Shown: positions 27,178 through 38,918 of the stretch, in pieces | Layout of the letters: every line of letters starts with the position of its first letter | Position numbering within the stretch: the stretch's first letter is position 1 | Assembly (NCBI GenBank): GCA_964234715.1 | Contig: OZ174275.1 | From: Podarcis melisellensis | Lineage: Eukaryota | Strand: one strand, 5' to 3' | DNA: 64,000 nt | The notes under the pieces: model-generated | Told to the model about the DNA's origin: nothing | The model's input: only the letters and a program-made list of their open reading frames with translations | Databases searched by the model: none | Translations under genes and position numbers: made by a program

Positions 27178-27388
27178 CAGGGGTTTCCAAGGTGGTGCAC
27201 ATGGGCACACATGCGCCTGTAGGAGCTGCCCATGGTGCCTAGGGGGTCTCCTCCCCTTGCTGAAATTAGGCTTGAAAGAGGCATTCTCTTATTGCCAATA
27301 GAATTGGTTGGGGTGTGTGTGTGTGATGCTTGCAACTATTTTCTGTTTTGCAAATGTGCTCATGGACCAAATAGGTTGACAACCCCTG
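27178..27388. mobile_element. Old hAT-like MITE
   Basis: Termini CAGGGGTTTCCAA / TTGACAACCCCTG. The TSD is not preserved. Confidence 0.5.
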
Positions 27389-29872
27389 ATCTATGCTGTC
27401 GATTCTAAAGAATCCAGAATGGATGACGATTTGGCTGTCCTTTTCATGCACAAATGAGAAGCTAATGGCGTACTCAAAGGCTTTACCATTCACTGCAGTG
27501 GAAGAGTCAGACTAGAATATGGGGAAGCCCATAAACATTTCTGGTGAAGTTCCAATTTATAAAGATGTGTATACCCTGGTTTTCATAACAGATAGATAGA
27601 TAAATTGTAAAGGGAAAATTGGAGACCCCACTTTCAAACAGTTCTCACAATAGACAATTGTCAGAAAGGTTTGTTTCTCCTATCCCCTTTCCTTTTCCTT
27701 TCTCTCTCTGCAGTAGGTCCAAGAATCAAATATTTTTCTATATTCAGAAGAAAAGCAAGTGGATAGACAGATGCCTGATGAATAATTTATCTTTGTCTAT
27801 TTTCTTCACTATACCTACTGCTCCTGCAAAATATGGCTTTGTACAGAGATGTAAGATAGCAAGAGCGTGGCATCACAGCTGAGGACTGACTTGTTTACAA
27901 AGGCAAAGCAAGTCTATTTTAGGGCAGATGGTTTGCCCTCATCATCCCTCTTGAGCAGTCCACCTGCTGCAAGCTGATTATCTAAGCCGTCAGTTTGAAG
28001 GAGGATATCCATTCTGTCACTATGTAGTAGGATTTGTTTTTGTCACCTGTTTGAGCCTCCCACAAATACAGCAGATCATTTGCAAGAGGAATCTTCATTA
28101 AGTGATGTTACTTTCTCTGTAACATCAGTTGCTTTCTATGGCTTTTGGGGTTGTCTGGATTGCCCTTGCCTCAATTTCTTTTCTACATATAGCTGCCCTT
28201 GTGACACATTATTTGTTTTCCCTAAATTTTCAGAAACTTACTACCCACTTGAAAGTAAGGGGGGGATGGATTGACACAAAGAAACTAGGAAAACCAGGTG
28301 TATTTGCTTTATCAAAGGCATAAAGTAAGGCTTTGGTATTTTCCAGTTTTAAGCTATTAAAAGTGTTCCAAAACAGCCAGCTTCTGGAATGCTGGAAATT
28401 AATTATGAAACCCTGGCGTATTGGCATTTGTTAATTTCCATGCATTTATCTGGGTAAATAACTTTAATCAAATGTTTATTCTTTTTAAATTGGAAATACT
28501 GGATAGCCATTTCACTTAAGAGTCCTGCAACTATAAAGACTAGTTCACCCATCCACTTCACTATATTAAAATTACAGGCGTACAAGAGTGGTCCTGTAGT
28601 CAAGGCAAGCAGGGAAAACAACTTTCCACCATTACAAGACTCAAGATTCTAAAGGTTTATAAAAATGGCAGCAGTTGAGCTATTTGAAGCTTGAAGGTTG
28701 GTGTACACGATCTTCCTGATTAATTCCATGAGAGTGCCATATTTCCAACCAATCTGATATAAAAAGATGCCACAGGTACAACAAATTTAAAGGTGCTAAA
28801 AATCGACATCTTCCTTCACCCCCCCCCAAGAAAGCATATCATATACTGTATTTATTTCCAATTTTTGTAATGTACTTTGTTCGGGTGTATTGTGGAGCGC
28901 AATCCTGCATTGCTTTGGCAAAGTCATGAGTAAGGGTTCAAAAGTTAATAGAGTTTTCCTGCCTCATGGAAGTCTGTGGAGAACAAAGAACTAGCAGATA
29001 GTGCAGAGCACGGCCAGATTGAAAAATAAAGCCCAAGGTCCTACCAGTGCTGAAGTATCTGTAGAGGGAACCACATACCAAATTCTCTGTGTAAAGCCTA
29101 TTTCTTTAATTAAGGGATACAAAAGGTGCAGAGGTTAAGCATGGGGTTCACTAAGCTTTTTGGAATCACAGAAACCTGTGCAAGTATATCTGACCCTGCC
29201 CAACAGACACTGCAGCCCTCCATGATATAGCCTTAACTCTGATTTTAACTCTCACCTGTCTGTTCTGTTGATCAAATTATATAGAAACAATACATTGGCA
29301 TATATTAGCTGTATGAATATTTGACTACAGTAACAGAACAAAACCGACCATCAGCAGCGTGTGGGGTGGGGCGTAACGCAAGCACTTGATTCTCATTTGC
29401 ACAGTTGTAGTCTTATCATCTCTGTTAGGGCAGTCTCACTGGCTGTATTCTCCAAAGGCAGGACTATTCCTTTGAGTGCTTTTCATACCTGGATAAAAGT
29501 TAAGACCTAACGTGTGATCCAGGTAACTTGCTGAGTACAAAGAACGTACGGAAAGTTTCTAAAATTTAGTTCATTTAGAAGGCAAGTTGTCACCAGCTGT
29601 GTAAACCCTTTTGAATTCTACTGATTCTGGTGAGAGAGGCTTAAATGTTTATTTAATTATCCAATTTAAATTTGTAGGCTTTGGGCTTAATTTGCCTGGA
29701 TCAAATATAAGTTTAGTTTCTAGGAGTGACACTCAAATTAGAACTATAATGTCTACTTTGGACCTTCAGTGATTTCAGATGTGGGTTCCATTGCTGACAT
29801 CTGCTAGAGACCCACCTTTAATTTTGAACTAAATGGCTTTCTGTCTTTCCTTTGTATATTTCTCTTTTTCAT

Positions 29873-29877
<5 letters not shown>

Positions 29878-29925
<48 letters not shown>
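29878..29925. repeat. (CT)n microsatellite
   Basis: Read directly. Confidence 0.97.
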
Positions 29926-29928
<3 letters not shown>

Positions 29929-31115
29929 CAAATGTAAGAAGCAGAAGAAAACAGTGATCACTTTAACTGCTACAAGCCAGTGTAGGCTAAAGTGTGACCC
30001 AAGTCCACTGTATTAATTAGCCAAGTGTCCTTGAAGTGAATTTCCAGCTGTGTGGCAGCAGCTCTTTCATGAATTTATCACATGGGACTGGGGCTATGTC
30101 TCACAGCTGCAACCATGCCAGCAGAGCTGGTTTCATGAGAGTCATATGTATGATATTGATTCTGTGAGAAAGACCCACATGACTGGACCCTGGACATGTG
30201 GCTGTGTGATTCAGATACAGCCCATAGTCGCATGGGATTGATTCAAAAAACAGCAGCTTTCACACAGCTGGAGGTATATCTAAAGGGCACTTCAAGAAAT
30301 CTTAAGATGGTGATACAGTAAATAAGATTTTAGACCTTTGTTTGCTCAGAGAGAGGGAGCAGGCCTGTCACAGGATAACATACAGAGCTACTGATCTGTA
30401 TTGTATTGATCCCCCCCCCCCGCCCAAAGGAAAGGGTTGGTACAAAATAAATATTTCTCCTGAATGACCTAATTTACTTGATAAAGGACATACCTTCACA
30501 GCAGGGAATAAATATATTTTAACCTGGTGGTGTGAAATTTACATTGTTGAGATGTTCATCTATTGATCTGTAGCTTCTCCACCAAACATTTCTGTGAGTC
30601 AAATTGGTAAGATCAAAGCCACATAATGGGATGATAAATATGTAACAGCTGACTTCTTTGGTGGAGACCCTTTGAAACAAGACAGAAAAGGATTCTTCTC
30701 AGATCTTTGGGGTGTACAGCTGCAATGCTTCACATTCAGAAATAGAAGGGTTTAAATTCATGAAAGGATGAAAAATATTGGTAATCACACAAGTGGTTTT
30801 CAATCATTATGGATCTTCTTAAAGTAGAAGGAACAAGCCCCCCACCCCCCCAAAAGCACCACTCTGAATAAGCATGTTTTTAGAGCAAATAACCATCTTC
30901 ATTTTGCTGCATTTTCTGACTTTCCTTCTGTAGTCTATTATTTCTGGTTCTATCATAAACACAATATTTTTCTGTGGCTCATTGCTGGCTCCCATGTGGC
31001 TTCTTCTAGCGATTCTAGAGCCTTCCTTACTTTACCCTTTGGGACTGGCAAGTCTTTTAGAGCTATCATGAGAAACAAGCCAAAAGCACCTTTATCTACA
31101 ATGAATACCCTATGC

Positions 31116-31245
31116 CAGTGATGGCCAAACTTGGCTCTCCAGCTGTTTTGGGACTACAGTTCCCATCATCCCTGACCACTGGTCCTGTTAGCTAGGGATG
31201 ATGGGAGTCCCAAAACAGCTGGAGGGCCAAGTTCGGCCATCACTG
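31116..31245. mobile_element. Palindromic hAT MITE (130 bp)
   Basis: CAGTGATGGCCAAACTTGGC.CTCCAGCTGTTTTGGGACT... folds back onto ...AGTCCCAAAACAGCTGGAGGGCCAAGTTCGGCCATCACTG. The 8-bp TSD is ccctatgc/ccctttac. Older relatives lie at ~39995-40120, 43840-43975, 47150-47285, 54420-54510 and 58459-58570. Confidence 0.88.
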
Positions 31246-33043
31246 CCCTTTACAATAATGGTAACATTTGCAGTAGTCTCTTGTTGGTGCTCAGCTTTGT
31301 ACAAACCCTACTGTGGCACTTCCCACTCACTGCATCATTTTTCTTTTGCAAGCCTCCCATAGCAACTTAATTGGGCCAAGGTTGCAAGTTTTGCAACCAC
31401 ACAGAGAAATAAAGAGGCAAGATGGAAAAGGTTGGGTGAACTTGACCATGTTTATTTAAACATTTACACCTCTGCATTGTAGTCAATTCCCAGGCCCCTC
31501 CATTCTCTGAGCAGCCAACTGCAGCTGCTTCTGACACAACATTTCATGCTCCCACAAATTGGTAGTTAGGATATATTCATTACTGTAACCATAGAAGTAT
31601 CTTCATGCATGGTTCCAGTCAGTGGGTCTTGGAGATACCATATCTTTCATTATCAGACTCCAGTGGTATTTTCCAAGCTTATTTTCCTGAATGCACTTGC
31701 TCTATTGATTGAGATTATATTGTAAGGAATTTTTTTTTCATTTACAAACTTGGTGAATGGTCCAAAGGGATGCTAATTTGTCTTATCTTCTTGGAAGATC
31801 AATGCCACTGCCTTGCTAAAGGTGAATAAATATTGCAATCTTGCATCTGTAATTGGGACCATCATTTGTTTTAAATGATCAGTTCATTTATACCAGTTAA
31901 GCCAAACATGATTTGCCAGCTCTTTACTAATTTGTGCTTGTTGTCTGAGAGACAATATTTCATATTATAATTCGAGATCCATCATTTTCCCCCAGCCAGT
32001 TTATAACAGTGCTGAAAGGACACAATAATGTGATTCACAAGTAGGTATATTGATGGCTAAAGGACATTAGCGTAAGTTGTTTGTAGATTGTAACCTATGC
32101 ACAAAGAGATTTAAAAATAATAATAAAGAGACACTATTCCTATCTTGAACTCAGGTAACAATTCCATAGGCTTCTGCTGGATATTAGGCTTAACTTTTGG
32201 TAGATATCAAGATGCATTGCCCTGAGAGTTTAATATTGGCTGTAGGGAAGTCAAATCCAATAGCCATCTTGAAGGACAATCTGTCCTGAAGTTCCCATTT
32301 TCTTACATCCATTCAAATTTATTTGTAGGTGTTTGGAAAGCTCTCCAACCTAGCTCTGAATTCTTCAAAATGCTTGTTTTCTTCTTAGTCTGTAGGGAGC
32401 ATAAAGCTAAAGATCCATGAGAAAATATACGGTAATCCATTTCCTAGGAGAGTGACAAATGGCTGTGAGAGAACTTAATTACTGCCAGTAAAGAATGCAT
32501 CCATTTGTGCATGGCCTGTAATTGCTTAATGTTGTTGTATCCATCGACATGAGAGTGTGAAGATGTAAGTAGTTAAAGCCTACTGACCCAGCATGGCAGT
32601 TCAGTTAATTTTACTAAGTAGCTGCTTTTTGTAAAACCTGGTGTTCAGTATTGTTGAGTTCATTCCTCTTGTATCAAGCATTCAAGTGCAAGCCTACAGA
32701 AAATCAGCTCTTTTTTCCCTAATTGAATTTATCATCTTAGGTAGAGTGCTGTAGAATTTTCAATCACAACACTAGTATTGTGGGGTAAAGTAAATGTAAC
32801 AAATGGATGGATTGAATATAAAAGCTACAATGTGTAATGTTCTGAGAGGCATGACAGATTGCATTTAACAGCAGTGTTATGTTTATTAAAGTAAAAATGA
32901 CTTAAAAAAAAAACTACTGAGTTTAGGAATAGCTGGTAATTAACTCAGGTGACCTGAAGGAAAGAAAGTTTATTGGATTGGATACAGATCTGCTCATCCA
33001 TGAGTGAAAAAGCTTTTTTCATATCACTCCCTGTCTGGACCAG

Positions 33044-33245
33044 GGAGGTGATTAATGCCTTCTTCTGAGTGGGGGGTCCTGCATGCTTGAAGAAGCTCCT
33101 TGTAAAATCACTCCACAAAAAACCCTCCCTAGATTTGGAAGATCTAAGTAACTACCAGCCAGCTGCTAATCTCTCTTCCTTGGGCAAAGTGCTTAAGCGG
33201 GTGGTTGCAGATCAGATCCATGCACTCCTGGAAGAAACTCCATCC
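33044..33245 (+). mobile_element. L2 LINE RT fragment
   Basis: KKPSLDLEDLSNYQPAANLSSLGKVLKRVVADQIHALLEET. Confidence 0.82.
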
Positions 33246-35118
33246 TTATAATATTTAGATATTCCCATATATAGAGAGAGATGAGCACCAAAGACTAGGA
33301 AATAATAATAGGATTTTGATAGCAAGCTTATGGTTGTGTTTGCATTCATCTTGCAGACTCTTAAATGCCTGCTCATCAGAGAATCTGATAGGTATTAAGA
33401 CCATGTGCAAAAGGAATGTTCGTTCTTGTTCATTAATTGGTTGAGCATACATTCATACTTGGACGTTTCAGAAGATGACTATCTTTGAAGGACAGATAAG
33501 GAGGAATGGGTACACTGAGACTGACCCATTTGGAATGTTTAAAGTGTTGTGCGCGTTGTGTTTTGGTCATGCCCCTGAATCAGAGGTTTTGTGTGTTCTC
33601 TGTGCCAAGGTTGCTCACTGAGACCAGTCCCTTCATTCACTTCAAAACAACAACAACAACAAACCCACCAACCCTGCCCCCCACAAAACCACACTGCTTC
33701 TCTTGAATAAATGTTTGCAGACAGTTGAATTCTATGAGCATATTGAAACTCCTGTTCATCCAAAGATTACTATAAGGTTTAGTGGTAGTAATCCCACATA
33801 GCTGGTCCCAGACACAATATGAGTTTTTCTATTGTGGCCTTTTGGGGAAGCAAAGAACCCCTTACTGTAGTGTTTCTTTCCATTCTGTAGCTTCCCGGTG
33901 TCCACGAAAGGCTGTACTCATCCTGGGACAGTGTATTTTTCAGCAAGTGGTTGGAATTGATAATGGTTGAAAACTTCAAGCCAGTAACAGATATGATCTG
34001 GCTCATGCTTGCATCTCATACTAAGAACATTTCTCCAGTATTATTACAATAAAAGTTTATTACTTACCTGTTGTGTTTCATTCTTTTTTTCATTTTGATT
34101 TCATTTCTGCAAATTTTTTTTCACAAGGTGAAGTGTTCACCTACTTTTCTTACTCCAATAACTTGCATTATTTATTATAGTGTGTGGTCTATATTGCTGG
34201 TGTGCTCCAAAATAAATGGATTGCTGCCAAAAGGCATTGGAAAACAGTGTCAAAACAAGTGACATGGCTTCAACAACATGGCTAGTATTGCTTTCTTATA
34301 GATGAAACGGAATCCGTTTTTGATGACAAAATGCAGTAAGCCCGATTTGCTGGCTTGTATGCCAGAAATGATAAATTATTTTGCAAAGCCTAATGCTGAA
34401 AGGCATATTAAGAAATGCATGAGACTCTTTGAAAGGGAATAGCTTGATGGTTAAAACTGACTAATATTTATCTTGCACTTTCTGCCAGTTGACTTTTAGA
34501 ACCTGTAGAAAAGGGCTATTTGCTTTAGAAGCAAGGTGAATTGGATTTCTGCCATCTTGGTGTAGTCCCTAAATGAATATGTCAAAGGCAATATTGTCTC
34601 TAAAATAATAATAATAATTCCGAAAGCAGTCTTTTCATTTAAGCAGAACTTTTCATTAGTTTTTTGAATTAAATTTGGGTAATTACCATTTGATTATGAA
34701 GTAATATCTTGCAAGTGCCTGAGGAACAAGATATTTATGGTGGGGGGGGGGGAGCGATTCCTGTGAGTTTTTAAAACTCCTGTTAATTCTTGTCATTTCT
34801 GCATTTCAGCTTCCCCCATATAATTCTATGCAATGGAATTCTCAGCACATAAAAATGTAGGATAAAAAAATATTACAAACCCAACTTACCCTAACACGGT
34901 AAATAAAAACTAATATTGAAATTGACTGATAAATACCAGGAAAAAAATTACATACATTTATAGCAATGTGTAACTTTTTTCAGAAGAACTGAACTATTGT
35001 GCTTTGACACAGCTCTATCTTTTCACATGCATGGAAGTCAGATTTTGATTTCTTTGGAAACCAGATTTCATATTGAATTATAGGTTTCATTATGTTCCCA
35101 ATATGTAACATGAAAGAC

Positions 35119-35180
35119 CATAGAATTGGAAGGGAGCCCCAGAGTCACCTAGTCCAACCCCTGCAATGCAGGAATCTCAG
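35119..35180 (-). mobile_element. CR1-tail SINE / CR1 3' fragment
   Basis: catagaattggaagggagccccagagtcacctagtccaacccctgcaatgcaggaat. Another copy is at 43401-43461. Confidence 0.7.
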
Positions 35181-35670
35181 CATGTGGCCCACTATACAAT
35201 TTGAAACCATACCGGAGACTGCTGGAAGGCAAATTAGCTTATTTCCACTAATTTCCTCTGAAATGGTGCTCCTATGGGTTGGGGAATGCTGCATGGTGGA
35301 CTGCAGTAGGTAGAGAAATTTGGCAAAAAAATCAGGTCTCTGATGCAATCAGAAGTGTTTTCCATATTGTGCAATAACTGGATGCAAAGTTTAGAAATTA
35401 ATTGCATTCATTTCTACCAATATCTTTTTGTATCTCAATGTTTGTGAATAAGTATTTAAAGTAATTAGGGCATTTCAGACTATGTGAGTGCCTTGTTTTA
35501 GTTTCTGTCCATTTTGATTCTCTCCATCAGTCACTGAGGCTCTTTTTAAAAAAACCAACAAACAATCTCACTCCATATCATATTTCCTTATCAAGCTCTT
35601 TACTCTTGGGACTCAGCTAGACTGGTAAAGAAACAGTGATTATACACATTGTATGTGTGATATAACATTG

Positions 35671-35689
35671 TGCCACCAGATGGCAACAT
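35671..35689 (+). promoter_or_regulatory. Candidate CTCF site
   Basis: TGCCACCAGATGGCAACAT fits the CTCF core CCAC(C/T)AG(A/G)(G/T)GGC(A/G). Motif match only. Confidence 0.4.
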
Positions 35690-36127
35690 GGAGTCCCGCT
35701 TTTCTCTACCCGTTTTCCCTCTTTAAATTTACAACATTTTAAACTGAAGCGCTTCTTTGATGTGTCTAGATCCAGCCTAATAATGTCACACAAGTAAGGA
35801 GAAGGAGCTTCTGCTTTAGAGATTACATATATAGTAAGGGCTTCTAAATGCACTCCACGCCCCCAGATTAGACAGAGCTCGCTGTGATCCTTTTAAAAAA
35901 GTAAAGAACGCTATATCCGTTTTAAACAAATTGTTCTTAGCTGCAGTGCTAAACTGCACCAGGGACACTAATTATTGTGCTGATTACACTGTTGTTAGCT
36001 TGGATTCTGAAATAATTTTGATGGTTGCTTGAGAATATATTTGTTCTGCATTGCAAAACACTCCACGATTTGAAGGAATAATCTCTGTGTTTTTTGCTCC
36101 CTCTTGTTTCCTTTTTTCTTCCTCAAG

Positions 36128-36283
36128 TGGCTAGACCTGTTGAAAAAAAGCTCTGTCTGGCTCCTGCTCCCCCAGCTTCCCAACTGTGCAATATCCCATG
36201 CCCTCCTGAATGCCTGGTTTCTTCCTGGCTGGGATGGGGGCCTTGCATTCATGAAAACTGCCAAGATAATCAAGGGAAAAAAG
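36128..36283 (+). CDS. THSD7B: THSD7B internal coding exon (likely exon 6), 156 nt
   Basis: Long polypyrimidine tract ending cctcaag|TG and donor AAAG|gtgcgt. Encodes (V)ARPVEKKLCLAPAPPASQLCNIPCPPECLVSSWLGWGPCIHENCQDNQGKK(G). Phase 1 to 1. Confidence 0.95.
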
Positions 36284-36849
36284 GTGCGTTCTGAACCACT
36301 TTCTAACAGCTTTTGTAGGAGTGGGGCCTTGCTACATTACAAAACTGGATGAATCTAATGTATAAAAGCTGACTTTATATTTATAATTAATCACTTTTAG
36401 TCTGTTTTTAAAGACCTGTGGGGTGGGGACTGCTAGTTTCTCCACAGCTTATTGATTCCAATGGACATCTCAGCCCAAAATGTGTAACATGATTTTTTTT
36501 TTTTACTATGTAAATAATTTTATAACTATTTGGGTCATTATATTAAGATGTAAAACTGCATAAGGCAAAGGACTGTAATTCAGTGGCATAGCATTGTGTG
36601 GGAAAAATATTTTTAAATACCTGTTTTTTTAAAAAAAATATTTTTGTAAACTGCTTGCAGGTTCTATTCACAACAAAGCAGTATATAAACTCTGTTAAAT
36701 AAATAAATACATAAATACATAAATTAATAGAACCATGGCATCTCCAGGCAAGTTTGAGAACATCCCCTGTTTGAAACCCTGGAGAGGCTAGTGATTGGTG
36801 GCATAGACAATACTGTACTAGATGAATAAATGAACACACTGCATCATCA

Positions 36850-37280
36850 TCATAATTTATTATTTGTACCCTGCACATCTGGCTGGGTTTCCCCAGCCAC
36901 TCTGGGCGGCTTCCACAAAGACCAAAAATACACTAAGATGTGACACATTAAAAACTTCCCTGAATAGGGCTGCCTTAAGATGTCTTCTGAATGTCAGGTA
37001 GTTGTTGTTCTCTTTGACATCTGGTGGGAGGGCATTCCACAGGGAGGGCGCCACTACCGAGAAGGCCCTCTGCCTGGTTCCCTGTAGCTTTGCTTCTCGC
37101 AATGAGGGAACCGCCAGAAGGCCCTTGGCACTGGACCTCAGCATCCGGGCAGAACAATGGGGGTGGAGATGCTCCTTCAGGTATACTGGGCCGAGGCCGT
37201 TTAGGGCTTTAAAGGTCAACACCAACACTTTGAATTGTGCTCGGAAATGTACTGGGAGCCAATGTAGGTCTTTCAAGACT
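36850..37280 (-). mobile_element. L2 LINE 3' fragment (~430 bp)
   Basis: Minus-strand ORF LKDLHWLPVHFRAQFKVLVLTFKALNGLGPVYLKEHL...RAFSVVAPSLWNALP...TFRRHLKAALF, followed by the 3' UTR and tail. Confidence 0.93.
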
Positions 37281-37291
37281 ATGCTACTTGC

Positions 37292-37546
37292 TCCAATGAG
37301 AGTCAGTGGTGGCCACCAATTGGATGGCTTTAAAAGAGAATTAGACCCATTCATGGAGGATAAGGCTGCTCAGTGGTTGCTCACCATGATGGCTATGCTT
37401 TACTTCCATTGTTGGAGACAGTATGCTTCTGAAAACCAGTTACTGGAAACAGCAGGAGACGAGAGCGCCGTTGCAATAAAATCTTGCTTGTAGGCTTCCC
37501 ACAGGATGCTGGATCAGATGGGCCATTGACCTCATCCAACAGGCTT
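37292..37546 (+). mobile_element. Older CR1 LINE 3' end fragment
   Basis: ggccaccaatttggatggctttaaaagagaattagac..ttcatggaggataaggct (ATNLDGFKRELDxFMED) ...gctggatcagatgggccattg. Related pieces at ~6400-6520 (+) and ~56470-56690 (-). Confidence 0.75.
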
Positions 37547-38041
37547 TAATTGCTGGCACCCATCTGTCTTGAGAGACAATGGAATGCCCCTCCAGGGGTG
37601 AAGTCAAGCTGCTGTGTTGGCAGCACTGAAGAGGCCTCCCTGAGACGTAAGCCCAGGCAGTTGTGTTTGGAGGTCCTGGGCTGTCCAGATGCTGATGCAG
37701 TTCAAAAGGAAAGCAGAGCAATATGTTTGGCCGGATATGAAGACTGCGGAATATCAGCTCCTCATTGCTTCATAATGCAGAATAATTCATTATTTCCATG
37801 GGCAAGCTTTTAGGTCTCCTTAGAACCTGAGCTAAAGCTCACGTAGGGGCCACAGAACTGCATATGCTCTCTTCTACTTAATGGACTCATCTTTCCCTCT
37901 TCACTGCTGACCTTCATGTGTTGAGTGTGAAGGTCTGAATGGTTTTTTGTTTTTGTTTTTTAAATCTATGGTCAGCTGAACATATTCAAAAGTCTCTCTG
38001 CAGAACCCAGATTGCAGAGGGTTCCTGGTTCAGAAAGACGA

Positions 38042-38267
38042 CAGTGGTACCTCGGGTTACATACGCTTCAGGTTACAGACTCCGCTAACCCAGGAATAGT
38101 ACCTTGGGTTAAGAACTTTGCTTCAGAATGAGAACAGAAATCGTGCTCCGGTGGCATGGCAGCAGCAGGAGGCCCCATTAGCTAAAGTGGTGCTTCAGGT
38201 TAAAAACAGTTTTAGGTTAAGAATGGACCACCGGAATTAATTAAGTACTTAACCCGAGGTACCACTG
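38042..38267. mobile_element. Second copy of the CAGTGGTACCTC MITE
   Basis: CAGTGGTACCTCGGGTTA...TAACCCGAGGTACCACTG|TA. The left TA reads GA, and accactg is repeated just after the right end. Confidence 0.92.
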
Positions 38268-38720
38268 TACCACTGAATAGACTTTCACACCCAGCATGAA
38301 GTTTGGAAATGAAACTAGCAGGGAATTGGCATTGGGTGGGGTGACACCGGCACACAGGGAGTGGTAGGCAGTGGATCCACTCCCACGCCTCTTCCAAATT
38401 TGTTGAATACATGGGAGCTCACGTTCCTATACCTTAAACTTGTTTTAGGATCAGAAATTGTGACAGGAATCGGAGCATGTGAGGGATGGAGGGTGTGCGT
38501 GAGCCTAAGGCTCGTTCATGTAATCCCAAAGCATGGGCGTTATGCTGCATTCATGACGCAGCTTGGCGCATGTTGAAAACCACAACAGCACAACGATAAA
38601 TAGTACTTTAAAATGGGTATTTGTTTTTTCTTTGGGCAGACTGTAATATGCAATCAGTTTACGGAATTTCTTTCCTTATCAGGTGAAATCTAGCTATCAC
38701 CTTTGTTCCCCCCCCCTTAG

Positions 38721-38918
38721 GTTTCAAAATGAGGCAAAGACACATCATTGTGGAACCCACGGGCACTTCTGGCAATTGCCCGCACTTGATAGAATCTATT
38801 CCATGTGAAAACCCAGTGTGTTACAAGTGGATCATTTCAGAAGGAGTCTGTTTACCTTATAACGGAATATGTGGACAAGGGAATCGTGTGCAGCATGCTG
38901 TATGCAAGAACTACAAGG
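38721..38918 (+). CDS. THSD7B: THSD7B internal coding exon (likely exon 7), 198 nt
   Basis: Acceptor cccccccttag|GT and donor AAGG|gtatgt. Encodes (G)FKMRQRHIIVEPTGTSGNCPHLIESIPCENPVCYKWIISEGVCLPYNGICGQGNRVQHAVCKNYK(G). Phase 1 to 1. Confidence 0.95.

Noticed and set aside
37002-37493. 163-aa plus-strand ORF
   Set aside because: Antisense reading of the L2 fragment running into a CR1 fragment.
38672-38720. Upstream alternative acceptor ttccttatcag| at 38682
   Set aside because: It would add 38 nt and frameshift. The 38721 acceptor gives the in-frame THSD7B sequence.
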